NCBI RefSeq assembly: GCF_000143415.4
Contig: NW_003314268.1
Coordinates: 3,542,559 to 3,606,558 of the forward strand
Direction: 5' to 3'
DNA from: Selaginella moellendorffii
Lineage: Eukaryota > Plantae > Lycopodiophyta
Length of the DNA: 64,000 nucleotides
Under the pieces are notes generated by a model that was given only the letters and a program-made list of their open reading frames with translations, did not search any database and was not told where the DNA came from. The translations under genes were made by a program, and so were the position numbers. Shown here piece by piece: positions 50,424 to 61,707 of the stretch (position 1 is the first letter of the stretch; each line of letters opens with the position of its first letter).

Positions 50424-52043
50424 ATGACAAGATCCAGCGGAGCTAGGGAAGGTGATTGGAAGTGCTCCGGCTGCTCCAACCGGAACTACGCGTTCCGGTC
50501 GCTGTGCAATCGGTGCAAGCAGCCGAGAATTCTGGTCGACACTGACACGCCCCCGGATTCCAAATGGCTTCCTCGGATTGGCGACTGGATATGCGCGGGT
50601 CTGTAAATCCTCTCCTCCCCTTGGTGTTTGCGTTTGCGTGCTCAAGTGTTTGCGTCCTGCAAAGGTGTGTGCTCATTTGTAGCAGTAGTAGCAGTAGCAG
50701 TAGCAATAGCAAGCACTAGAAAGACCATCTTTTTTTTCTTCCCTTCTTCTTTGGTTCTTTTTCTTTCGATTTTTTCGAATTCAGCTGTTCAAGCTGGCGT
50801 GATCCGGGTGCGTTTGTTTTTTGTTTTCTGGTTTTGCTGTGTTGCGTGGGGACGCCTTACTGGATGATGGCTTGCTCGTGCAAGCGTCTTTCTTTCTCCC
50901 GCGGTGCTGGTGTGTGCGTACGTCGTGTGGTGGTGTGTGTACTACTACTACTACGTACCAAAAGGCTGTAGCAACAACAACTATGCCTCGAGAGACAAAT
51001 GTAACAAGTGTGGCAAGCCCAGAGACGTCGCAGCCTTGCCACTGTCTGTAGCCGCCGCCGCCGGGTCGGGTGCCGCGGTCTCGGCGCCTCTCGCCAATGG
51101 AGCCGCGCTGGGCCTCAACATGGGGATCATGCCGGCTCCAATCTCGCTCGGCACTTGGAACATGAACGCTGCTGCTCTAGCCAGAAGCGTCCGCTTGAGT
51201 GACAACACTTTAGGAGGTGTTGGTGGCGGTGGCGGAGGCGGTGGTAACTGGCGGATTGGGGACTGGACGTGCACCTGCGGCTACGTGAACTATGCTTCGA
51301 GAACCACGGTATGTCTCTCAAAATCCTTTCTTGGTTATTCCTTTTCTTAAGCTGTTTGTGATTTGCTCTGTGCAGTGCAAACAATGTCATTCTTTGCCAG
51401 CGATCGCATTGCCGCAACAAAACTTGGGTACAGTTGGATATCAAGGTATTCAAAGCTACGCATTGCCACAACTCTCACTCACGTTCCTCTTGTGTCTCGT
51501 GCCGGAAACTTTAGTTTCTGGGGTGAAGCGCCAGGCCTCAGATGAGTTATCAAACGATTGGGTAACCAAGCGTCCACACGTTGATCTCTTGCACCAGGCC
51601 TACATGGTAAGTAACTCATGCTTTTCTGTTTAAACGCTCTCACTGATTCTTTTGCAGGCATCTTTTACTTCTTGCGGAGGATGGAACGACCGTTCAGGGC
51701 TTGTCCTCGGAGGGCTCAACTTGATCCCAAACCTGGGACTTCCCAATCCAGCAGCAGCGGCAGCGTTGCAAAACCCTCCAAACGTCGGAAAGGGGTGCGT
51801 AGATCTCTCACGTTGTTTCGAGCTTTGATACCATTGAATCACTTGTTTTGCTCTTCAGAGCCAAACACTGGCGCGCTGGAGATTGGATTTGTACAAACTG
51901 TGACAACCATAACTACGCATCCCGGGAATGCTGTAACCGGTACGTTATAGGAGGAGGAGATCTTGCAGTGCTAAACGCTCGCGTTTGTTCTTCGCAGTTG
52001 TGGACGTGACAAAGACGCGGGTCGGCCCATGAAAGCAATGTAA
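50424..52043 (+). CDS. RanBP2-type zinc-finger RNA-binding protein (4 zinc fingers, multi-exon)
   Basis: Repeated GDWxC..C...NYA.R..C..C motifs at about 50451, 50580 (spliced 50598/50965), 51258 and 51880. Short GT-AG introns, stop TAA at 52041, and a probable 5'UTR intron at about 50333-50421. Confidence 0.9.
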
Positions 52044-52162
52044 TGCTACTCGTAACCGCTGATTTTGTATGTACCATTAACACCATTCTTTGCACTGGGA
52101 ATCTAGTCAAAGATGGTATTTGATTTGGGCTGACTATGTAAGGTTGACTTGTTTGCGCTTGG

Positions 52163-54052
52163 TCAACAATAGTCTAAACTCAAAGGATGGAGATCCACCA
52201 TTTCTTTCTCAAGTGGACAGTGATCCCACATCATCCATTGTGATCCATTTCCTGCTCGGAGATCCTTCATGGCCACGCACTCTTGGCCCTCCACTTGGAT
52301 GCACACCACGCTTCCCTGCCGCCGAGCACGCACTCCGTGAAGAATCACTTCCACTGTCTTCCCGGCGATGCCACTCCACTCGTAGTCCCACACGTCCGAG
52401 GCAAGCTTGGCACACTTTTGGGTGCCATCTCCGTTGAGAATGTAGATGTCGAGGTTGTCGTCGTCCAGGACAAGCTTGAGGTCCCCAAAGTCGCCAGCCC
52501 CCGCATAGACGGCCTCTATCCAGTCCCTGTTCTTGAGAGATCTCCTCTGGAACCGAAAACTACACTCCGACTTGGCGAGCACCGACCACGCCTCGGTCGC
52601 AAAGTCGAACGTCAGCAGCCCTTGCAGCTCGAAGCAGTCGTCTTCCAGGCGCCACGAGTACTTCCCTGGCCGGCTGCGTGCTCCGGCAAGAGCAAAGCAT
52701 CCACCGAGGTCTGGCATGGCTTGCGACTTTCTCCAGGATCCACTCTGGGAAGTATAGACGTAGGCGTCCTGGCTATCCTCATGCTTGGCGCAGACAATGC
52801 TGAAACATGGAAGGCCGTCGGCTGCGTCGCTCACCCAGAAGCCCGTGATGTAGGCCTCGTCCTCGAGAAACCCGCAAGCTTGGAGCTCCAGACACGAACA
52901 GGTTGCCGGGTTGAAGACCACGAACTCCAAACCGGCACCTCTCGAGTTCCTCTTTAGCAAGACCAGTGTGGCATCGGCCGCTACGAGCTCGTCCCAGCAA
53001 GCCGGCGATGGAGCTGGCATTCTCCTCCAAGTCTCGCTCTCGATCGAGTAGAAGCACAGGAAGTTCTTGATGCATTTGAAGGCGGCTACGAAGCCAGGAC
53101 CTGCCACCTTTTGCTCCTCCGGAACAAATCTCGAGATGGCCCTGCTGCCTGTGTCGATCTTGAGAGGGTAGAGGGAGAGCATGCCTTTGCGGAGTGGACA
53201 GTGTGGCCAAATCGCCCAGCCCTTGGGATTTCTGGAGCTATCTCCCTGGGTTGCGAAGCTTGAGTTGTTTGCGAGCTGGATGCAAACGCCGTGGTTTTCC
53301 TGCTTTTGGACGCGCATCTCTGCGTGGCAGCCGGGAGCTCTCAGCCATTTCGGACCAGGCCAGGGAGGAGAGCCTTTCGCAAAGAGGGTGTTGCCGCAAT
53401 CCATGAGAACTTCCATGTTTGCTCCCGCGTAGCCCACACGCACTCGCGGAATCTCTTCTTTTCTCTGCCGCTTGCGTTCCTCCCGGTCGATCGATTCATC
53501 CTTTTCCTGGGCAGCACACCACTTACACCACTTCTCCTGGGCAACGTCGAAGCTCCGGATCTCCTTGCCCAGGCGCCACCAAATCACGCCATCCTTACAC
53601 GCAGGTCCATTGGGTCTCTTCTCCCAAAACGTTGGAGAGCTTTCAAGCCGTTTCCACGCCTTACCCTCTGACTTGTAGAGAAATCCATCACCATCGATCG
53701 ACCCAGTTCTTCCTTCTGGAAGAAAATCCCTGCCTATACCATCCACCACGACCCTGTACCGCCTGGACGCTTGGTCCATGCTAAATCCCGCCAGGAATGG
53801 CTCGCCATCCATCGCCGGGAGCTCCTCGCAGCTGCCCTTGCCTGGGTCGAAAACTAGAAACACCGTTTTTCTTACCCCCTCGGCGATCCTCCTCTGGAAC
53901 AGCACGAGCCAGCCATCGGCGGCGACAAGATCGTCCCAGGGCACGGACGGCGCTGGGATGGTGCGCCACAGGCCCGATCGAGCCGACATGAAGCACAGGA
54001 AATCCTTGGTGCCGTCGAATGTCGCGACGAAGCCCGGATCGAGCCGCTCCAT
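52163..54052 (-). CDS. 629-aa intronless protein made of two tandem ~310-aa units resembling F-box-associated/kelch-like beta-propellers (no F-box seen)
   Basis: Long ORF. Unit starts PGFVATF...FLCF...WR..PAPS..WD.LVAAD and unit ends VCIQ...W..W.HCPL.K.M..L.PL..D each occur twice. Confidence 0.8.
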   Translation of the reverse strand: MERLDPGFVATFDGTKDFLCFMSARSGLWRTIPAPSVPWDDLVAADGWLVLFQRRIAEGVRKTVFLVFDPGKGSCEELPAMDGEPFLAGFSMDQASRRYRVVVDGIGRDFLPEGRTGSIDGDGFLYKSEGKAWKRLESSPTFWEKRPNGPACKDGVIWWRLGKEIRSFDVAQEKWCKWCAAQEKDESIDREERKRQRKEEIPRVRVGYAGANMEVLMDCGNTLFAKGSPPWPGPKWLRAPGCHAEMRVQKQENHGVCIQLANNSSFATQGDSSRNPKGWAIWPHCPLRKGMLSLYPLKIDTGSRAISRFVPEEQKVAGPGFVAAFKCIKNFLCFYSIESETWRRMPAPSPACWDELVAADATLVLLKRNSRGAGLEFVVFNPATCSCLELQACGFLEDEAYITGFWVSDAADGLPCFSIVCAKHEDSQDAYVYTSQSGSWRKSQAMPDLGGCFALAGARSRPGKYSWRLEDDCFELQGLLTFDFATEAWSVLAKSECSFRFQRRSLKNRDWIEAVYAGAGDFGDLKLVLDDDNLDIYILNGDGTQKCAKLASDVWDYEWSGIAGKTVEVILHGVRARRQGSVVCIQVEGQECVAMKDLRAGNGSQWMMWDHCPLEKEMVDLHPLSLDYC

Positions 54053-55227
54053 AGCTCTTACCTAGAGTCTCCCGCCAAAGAATTCGAAAACAATCAAACC
54101 TATTCCTAGACTGGAGTCGCTTTGACTGGTCAATTTTGGTCACTTACACTTGCAGCTGGATCAAGCTCCAAGCCATGACTTCCATCCAGCCAAGACGTTC
54201 AAAGACTGGATCGGGAATGGCACTCACATTCCTCATCCTGGAAGTTTTCGCCATGTTGTTCTTACGCGAGAAGCTGGAAGTCATTGTTGCCGAGAAAGGT
54301 TGCGAAGTCTCACTAGTCCTTGATCAGGCCTGCTGATCTCATGCGCCATCTCATGACGTTGGGCTTGAGAGGGATCCCGCTGCATCCTTGTAATCAACTA
54401 GATTTCGTGTAAATTAAAGCTTATCAGAGAGTTCTCGGAAAAACTCAATAAGGGACAAAAAACTTTCGGTGGCCTACATGTCGACTTGCTGATTCCTAGA
54501 TTTTTCCCATGTCAAAAGGTGTACAGGCAAATGTTATGAGTCAATACTACATTTTCCGCTGAAAGGACAAGTGTAAATTCTCAAACGAGAGGGCTGAAAA
54601 AACAACATATAACAGACTAGCATATAAGAAACTACACTGGAAAAGTCCAAAGCTGGAAATCAAAAGCTGAGACGTGTGGATTGTTCACATTGCATGAAGG
54701 ATGCATTTTCTGCCAATGGATTTGGCCGTGAACCTTGCCGCCATACATGCTTTCATGTCAACGTAGGAACGCTGGCAAATTTGCGTAGGGCAGATACGGT
54801 TACGTAAACCGGGGATGGTCAAAGAATGTTGTCTTTGCTCGTTTTGGACTTTTATGTTTACTCGCCTGGTCACTCTGTTACTCGGTTAGTCGGTTTGGTT
54901 GATTTAGCCGCCTAAATCAAAACCAAATTTGAGCAATTGCAGCACAGAGTGGTCAAACTTTGTATGCCACTCGTTTACATGTTTTAAGAGTTAATTTTGC
55001 AGGAATTATTTGAGCACACGAACCTTCTATTCTTTAATATTGATCAATTTAGACATGTGCTTCCGAAAGCTTGCATGAAAGGATCTGGAAAGCAGCGAGA
55101 AGCTACTTGCTCAAGAACTGGTCTCTAGTACCCACACGTACCCATCAACGTATAATACAATATTATTCAGAGAGAACAGTCCAACCACGGACAACTATTT
55201 TCGTCAGAGTTGGACGGCTTGGCCACC

Positions 55228-55233
55228 TATAAG
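55228..55233 (+). promoter_or_regulatory. Putative TATA box of the DIT1/PvcA-like gene
   Basis: cctataag about 105 bp upstream of ATG 55336. Confidence 0.35.
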
Positions 55234-55335
55234 AAAGAAACCCAAGAACCGCCTCAACGCATTTCTAGCAATTTCTTATTTGATCAAACTACATTCTCAT
55301 AGAGTGTGAATTCACGCATTGATCAGCTCTCCATC

Positions 55336-56937
55336 ATGGGTTATCCCAAGGACAAGATCGCGTTCATGTATATCCACAGGGAGAGGGGCGAGGTGTGCTT
55401 CATCTCCCAATCCGCATCATGGCATGTCCCGGTTGCCGATCAAGGAGGCGATGGTTTCGTGTTTTCTTCCATGGTTGCGAGCACGGCCGCGGAATTAGAG
55501 GCGGCCAAGAACGCCACGCGCTCCACCGCTCCAGAGATCCATAAGTACAATATATCCTTTCTTGACGCCGCGAGCTCATCAAGCTGGGAGGCGACTGTGT
55601 ACGAGAGATACATTGGCAATGGATTCGAGGGCGTGGTTTTCTCCATGGATGAACCAGCGCTGGAGTCGAGCGCGACCGATTACTTGGCCACTCTCCTGCT
55701 GGACAACAGCGTCATGACGAGGGATTGCCTCCTGGAGCCATTCGCATCGCACACTCCACTCGAGGTGGACGTGATCGCCTCCAAGGTGGTGGACATCATC
55801 GAGGCAAATTACATCCACTTCCCAAGGCACGACCAGTGGTTCACTAGCGGGGGCAAGCAGAGGTTCGCGGACAAGGTGAGGTATCACGTCGCAAGAAACG
55901 TTCCTCTCGAGTTCATCCTTCCAGCTTTCCCGGTGAAGTCGTGCAACTCCGACAAGACTTTGGGGAAATACCCCGACAAGGCCGAGGAGCTCGCAATTCA
56001 TTCCATGAAGATTGTCGCGGACCTCATCAAAGCCGTGTACGCCCCCGGTGTGCACTACAACGTCGTCTCGGATGGCCATGTCTTCTCTGATCTCGGTAAA
56101 GATCATACGATCGATCCAAGCTCTTTTCATGACTAAAGCTCTGTTCTTGCAGTTGGATCTGACGATGCTACCGTGGATACATACGGAGAGATGTTTCGCG
56201 AGATGGCGCACGATTTGTATCCCGGCTTGGTCAGCTTCTACCGCCTAGACGAATTCTTGCTGGACAACCACAGCGACGAGAGCATAGAGGAGCTCGTTTC
56301 CGGCACCGAGCTGGAGCATCCCGTCGCCACCGACCTCACCTCCAACGCCGAGACAGCGAGACGAGCTCTCATCCGCTTGTTTGGAAGTGACGAGTCGGCC
56401 GTGCACAGGGACATCAAGGAGGACCCGGAGACGCGCAATTTGTACCGCGGCTTCTCCAGGTTCATGCTTGAGGATCTCTACGAGCACAAGAGCTGCAAGA
56501 GTCTCCCATCGAAGTCGGCCAAGAAGAAGCTGTGCAGCCAAGTCGGCTTCCTCATGATCCTGAGGAACCGCGCCTACTCGGCGATGGTGGAGTGGCTCTT
56601 TCCACTGCAGCTCCGCGTCTCCATCCACCCGCATCCAAACCGCGGCCCCAAGTACGGCATCAACGTCATTCACTCCTCGCTCGTGGCGGCACAGCGCTCC
56701 TCCGAGGAGAGGAACTTCCACATACCGACGCCGTGGCACAACACAGTCGTGGAGCTGGCCGATGGCAAGTTCTTGCTGCTGCACTCCAAGGTCATCCGGG
56801 GATGGGGATCGGGTGTGGGAGATTTGGCTTGGGAGCTCGAGCATGAGATGCTGCTCAAGCGTGACGGGTTCGAGATGGCGCTTGTGAGGTATCCGGATGG
56901 GAGGCCCAGCCACTACAGGCAAGTGAGTGTGTGCTAG
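55336..56937 (+). CDS. DIT1/PvcA-family isocyanide synthase (yeast Dit1-like); exons 55336-56095 and 56153-56937, about 514 aa
   Basis: Family motifs FILPAFPVKS.N..K.LG..PDKAEELA, VSDGHVFSD, LYRGFSRFMLEDL, RNRAYS, LRVSIHPH...GPKYGI and HIPTPWHN.VV. A 57-bp GT-AG intron with a ctaa branch point restores the frame. Confidence 0.93.
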
Positions 56938-57278
56938 ATTAGGCTCTAGAGCTCCAAAACAATTTTCCGAACTGTAGGCCCAATTATTCTTGTCGATACC
57001 AATTCAACATAAAATAAATGAAAGTTGATGACTTGTTCGTCAGCAAGAATTCTGACGCGGACTCAGATTCCCTGGTCAACTCGGACCAATTTTGGCTTGC
57101 GTGATTGGAGGAATTCAGAAATTTAAAGAGAATCTAAGCTGGGCTACCTTTCCAGTTCGCTTGCTATTGGCGCTTGTCAAGAATGTCGGCCTAAGAAAGC
57201 TGTCCGCTGAGAAATATTTTCGCTCGGCACGGACTCTCCTGGTTCCACGCTATCACTTTCCAGGATCCGAAATTCAGC

Positions 57279-57330
57279 TTCTTTGTCTTTCTTTGTCTTT
57301 CTTTGTCTTCTTTGTCTGTCTTTCTTTTGT
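57279..57330 (+). repeat. Short pyrimidine-rich tandem repeat (ctttgtcttt)n
   Basis: Directly visible. Confidence 0.85.
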
Positions 57331-57379
57331 CCCTGTTTATGAAAATCTGGCTGTTTGAAACCTTATTCTTCGTGCTAGA

Positions 57380-58750
57380 ACATCTAGGTGATAGTCTGGC
57401 CTTCAGAGCAACAAAGTAAGTTTAGCACTCCGGGTAATCTGTTTTGGAGATGGTTGATGGAAAATGTAGCAAATGGAGAAGAAATGAGCTCTCATTTGAC
57501 ATTCAGATCCATCACGAGTGCATTCTTCACGGCATGCTTGAAACTCGGGGAGGAGAAGCATGGGGAGAGCTGCGTTGAGGAAAGTATGCTATCAGGGACA
57601 TCCAAATCAGGTTCATTATCAAAATCAATTTTTATATTGTACAGATCGTCTAGGACACGATAACCTAGACCATTTAAACAGTTAAATGCAGGAAATGAAG
57701 TTTATCTTGGTGGCGCTTGCAGTACTAGACTATTTGAAATCAAACACTTCAAATCGAGTATCAACGGCAAGAGGCCAGATTATCTGGATGTTATAAGTGA
57801 ATCCAAATCGATGAAGACCAGCCCACACGTTCCAGTGTTGTAAAGTATGTTTCCTGCTCTTTGCAAAATCGCTGCAGCAGACGCCTGCAATGAGGGAATC
57901 CAACCGTCCTCCTCGGGGAAAAACTCCATATCTATCATGAAAAACTCCGCTGGATGTTGATTTCATATCGCTGAGAGAACTTGATGACACGGGGAGACAT
58001 CCAAGGCCGCCCTACTCTAAACAGAAGCTCATCAGACGTAGATTACTCGCTGCTTGTGCACGAGTCCTCTGTACGATGGTTGCTTCCTGCTCTCGCAGCG
58101 TCCTGATCTTTGACGGCAACTGTTTCCCTAGAGTCAAGGTTCCATAAAACAGAGCATGAGGTCACCAATGGAGGCCAAGGCCCTGGACAGTGTAGGGAGA
58201 TGGTCAGAGTCCTGAAGAACTTGTAGATAACAAGGAACGGAGTGAAACTGGTAAGCAGGCTTGTCGATGTATGTTGCAGCTCCCCGAACTCGTATATGTG
58301 GTCTGGCCAACTCGATCACCAGAATAGGACAGCACGACAATATGAGTAAGTACTTCACGACCTCAATTAGAGTCTCTGCTCCCAACTGTTCCGCTAGTAT
58401 GGCAATGGTAATCCATTCTCTAGGCCTCAACCTTGATATCCGCATGCTGTGGCCGTTGTTCGAATAGGTAAACTTGAGCTCCACGCCCTCAAGAGGTAAG
58501 AGCCAAGACAAGCGACTGGGAGTTAGTGAGCAACGTCATGGAGATGAGCAGAACGGGAAGCCGAGGTTGGGCAATATTTTGAGTCTTGGGACATTGAAGG
58601 CTGTCGAGAGAGATAAAAAACAAGAGGATAGCTAGCACAAATCCGAGATCTGACGAAAAGCTATACCAGATCAAGAGCAAAATTGACGCCGATGTTAAAC
58701 CAACCTTCTTCCTTGCTAGAAAAATCATTGTTCGTACCCCTGACAAAATC
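57380..58750 (-). pseudogene. Possible fragmented gene of unknown family
   Basis: Several consecutive minus-strand frames of 85-125 aa with protein-like composition, broken by stops. No recognisable motif. Confidence 0.3.
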
Positions 58751-58888
58751 GTATGTCTCCCCAGGAGAAAATTAGGCGTGAGTTCATCTCATAGTACCGC
58801 ATTTTTTTCACAACTTAAGCGGCTGTGAGACAGTGGATGCGGCATATAGGCACTATGTGGCCATCTATTCTAGTGGAAAACAAGTATT

Positions 58889-60316
58889 TCATGCCTGGAC
58901 CAGGGACTGCCGTGATTCCCACCACTTTGGTTTCCATGCCCTTGTCACTGGAACTTCCACTTCATGCCCATAACGTTGCCCAAGAGCCTTAAACAGGCGC
59001 TTCCACCCCAAGTACAAGCCTTCCACCACCAAAGCCGCCAGATCCTCTGGAGGAGAAGTTTTGCTCACTGCGCCCTCTCTCGTCAACCTCAGCGCGCCAC
59101 CTTCCTCGCTACGATCGAACTCCTGCTCTGCCTGGGCCCTTTCGAAGCATTCCCGGTAGTCATCCCCGTCCACAAACGGAGGGTCCTGCTTCATACTTTC
59201 CACCAACAAGGTATTCGGGAACGGCGCAAGTGACTGCAATAGCTTTGCGAGCAGTACTCTCCCGATTCTTCCATTCCCATCCTTGAAAGGATGGATGTTC
59301 TCAAACTCGAGGAAGAACCGTGCCCCGAGCTTGAGAAGTCTCTCAGTCCGGTCGTGACAATCTCTCGCGAAGAGCTCCTCTAGCTCCCCATTGGTTTCAT
59401 CCACGAGCCTGTGAAGAGCTCCCTCCACGTCCGAAGGCCACATGAAAACATGCGGCAAGTTCAGTGTCGTCATGGTGAAGGCAACCTCGTCCTCTCGCCT
59501 CAGCCTCCCGGCGATGCCTGCCTTGCTCGAGCCCATCAGGCACCTGTGCGCATCCAGAATTCCAGAAACGCTCAACCTCGGTGCCAAGTTTGGATTGCTT
59601 CCTTGGAGCTGGTGTGCAAATGCCCTGTGGAGGCAACGCATGGCTTCAGCCTCTTGGCTCATATCTTGAGAGCCATCCAGCAGCGCGCCTGCGGCAATCG
59701 CCTCCTGGGTCTCTTTATACAACTCAAAGCCCTCGCCTTCGATGGCGTTCACCTGGAAAAGAAAAAGCTCCAATCCTTCCCCATTCGAGTAGACACTCTC
59801 CGCCCATTGCCGCTGCTCCTCGGGAAGATTCACAAACCTGCTCATATTCTCTTGAATCCCGGCGAGAATTTCGCTGGTGTTAGGCACTGCATCGCCCACG
59901 CGCGATCGCTCCACTCTCCAAAAAGGGCGCTCCACACAATCGTACTCCCACATCCACATCAAAACCCTAGATTTCCAAGGGCATACAAGGGGCGATAATT
60001 TTCCATGCAGCTCTTTCGAAGGTGCACCACAACTCGAACTTCTCAAGTTACGTCGCTCTCGACTCATGGATCGCATTCGAGCATCTCTGGAGACTGTGCA
60101 AACAAGTTTCCAAGATTGTTGTGGTCTTCTCTCTCCTTCCATTCCCACGCTCACGTTCGCCCAGGCCACTCTGAGGTCCTTGCTCGCTCTTGCTGAAGAC
60201 TGCAGGGAAAAATTTCTTAATTTTCTATCGAAGTTCAAGCTGATTGTCGGTGTGGTTTTCACTGGACTTGACGCAGCTGAAAATCTAAAGAAAATGAAAA
60301 TAAAAACAGTGGACAC
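58889..60316 (-). CDS. Fic/DOC-domain protein (AMPylase-like); true start uncertain, probably at or downstream of about 60141
   Basis: Complete Fic motif HPFKDGNGRIGR, preceded by NAIEG, AHRCLM...AGRLR and FFLEFENI. Uninterrupted ORF. Confidence 0.88.
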   Translation of the reverse strand: MSTVFIFIFFRFSAASSPVKTTPTISLNFDRKLRNFSLQSSARASKDLRVAWANVSVGMEGERRPQQSWKLVCTVSRDARMRSMSRERRNLRSSSCGAPSKELHGKLSPLVCPWKSRVLMWMWEYDCVERPFWRVERSRVGDAVPNTSEILAGIQENMSRFVNLPEEQRQWAESVYSNGEGLELFLFQVNAIEGEGFELYKETQEAIAAGALLDGSQDMSQEAEAMRCLHRAFAHQLQGSNPNLAPRLSVSGILDAHRCLMGSSKAGIAGRLRREDEVAFTMTTLNLPHVFMWPSDVEGALHRLVDETNGELEELFARDCHDRTERLLKLGARFFLEFENIHPFKDGNGRIGRVLLAKLLQSLAPFPNTLLVESMKQDPPFVDGDDYRECFERAQAEQEFDRSEEGGALRLTREGAVSKTSPPEDLAALVVEGLYLGWKRLFKALGQRYGHEVEVPVTRAWKPKWWESRQSLVQA

Positions 60317-60370
60317 CTGATGGAAAAGCGCTATTTTCGTGTGTGTGTTAACGATTGTTATTCCCTCCCA

Positions 60371-60490
60371 GATTGTTAAACTTTACGACCTTCTAGGCAG
60401 CACACAGTGTGATTGTAAAGCTTTGACGACCTTCTAGGCAGCACACAGTGTGATTGTAAAGCTTTGACGACCTTCTAGGCAGCACACAGT
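60371..60490 (+). repeat. 41-bp minisatellite x3 (gattgtaaagctttgacgaccttctaggcagcacacagtgt)
   Basis: Units start at 60371, 60411 and 60452. Confidence 0.95.
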
Positions 60491-60593
60491 CGGTCAAGGG
60501 AGCAAATTTCGTATGTGGCTTATCACATTAAGATCCTTGTGAGCAAAAATCTGTGAGATGAGAAAAAAATTGGTGCCTATGACTATCCAAGGC

Positions 60594-61707
60594 TCAAGCC
60601 ACATAGACATTCTTCCCGGAGAAGTGCTCCGTGTACACCTCGTGCATGTAGTCCCTGTAAGTCCTGCTGCGGTACTTTGCCGGACTCTCCTGGCTCACCA
60701 GCTCTGGAATCGGGCTGATCTCCGCATCTAGTGACGGCCCCAGGAACGCCCCAACGGACAGCCTCGAGCTCTTCGAGTTCACCATCACCCTGTGCAGTAT
60801 GCTCTTGTATCTCCCATTGCTCAGCTTCTGATACAAGACAACCAACCAAGACTAAGATCAATCCACAGTTTCTCAAAAAGTTTTCGACTGCTGGTACCTC
60901 TAGCTGATCGCCCATGTTAACCACCAGCATTCCCTCGAGTGGCCTCACATTGTACCAATCCTCGCCTTGCTTGAGCTGCAATCCCCCGACTCCATCCTGG
61001 AGCACAAACGTGAGGCCACCACTGTCGGTGTGACCTTCCATCCCCAAGGCTTGCCTCGGATTCGGGCAAGCCGGATAGAAGTTGGCTCTCGTCAGAAGAA
61101 CCATGTCTTCAAATGCTTCCAGAAGACGGTTTGTGCGGAGGCCAAGTCCCTCAGACATGACCAACAGCATCCTCTTCCCGAGCTTGAAGATGTTTCTGGC
61201 GTACTCGGATCCAACGTCCCTGTTGCATATAGAGCATCAGCAATCTAGAGCAATACCATAATCACGGAGTGAGATACTGACTTGTAGCTGGCTGGGAACG
61301 CGGGCCAGGGGTGCGCTCCGAGGGACTCTTCCTTGAGCCACATCTGGAGGTGGTCGTGCCACTCGAGCTTCTCTTCCTTCGAAGGCATCATGCTGGTGCA
61401 GTAGCGGACGGGCGTGAAGATCTCCTCGGTGTAGTACCGCATCTTGTCCTCGCTGGGCGAGTTGAAGAACTCGAGAGCACACCTCATCACGTCCTCGGTG
61501 TGAATGCCGTGGTTCTTGAGCTGAACAAGAAGTACATCCATTTAGCAAACATGTACTACAGGAAAAAGACACTTCTTGAAAACTTACGTAGAACATTCCG
61601 TACTTTGCGCAAGCGTCAACGAGATCCCTCTCGAAGCTCTTGCTCGCCAGATCGACTATCGGCAGCACCGCGTACCGGGAGACATCGGCAGCTCCATTCG
61701 GCATCAT
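60594..61707 (-). CDS. 2-oxoglutarate/Fe(II) dioxygenase (plant DOXC type); exons 61707-61588, 61520-61282, 61219-60898, 60827-60594; native 5' end cut by a Copia insertion
   Basis: LPIVDL...ACAKYGMFY/LKNHGI, NFYPACP, HTDSG (HxD), NMGDQLE, SILHRV (distal His) and RLSVG (RxS). Three short GT-AG introns. Confidence 0.92.

Noticed and set aside
55336-60316. Microbial contamination or chimeric assembly as the source of the isocyanide synthase and Fic genes
   Set aside because: The sequence is gap-free and contiguous with plant genes, and the synthase has a host-like short intron and similar GC. Read-level confirmation is still desirable.
60371-60490. 41-bp repeats as a CRISPR array
   Set aside because: The units are head-to-tail with no unique spacers, the context is eukaryotic and there are no cas genes.
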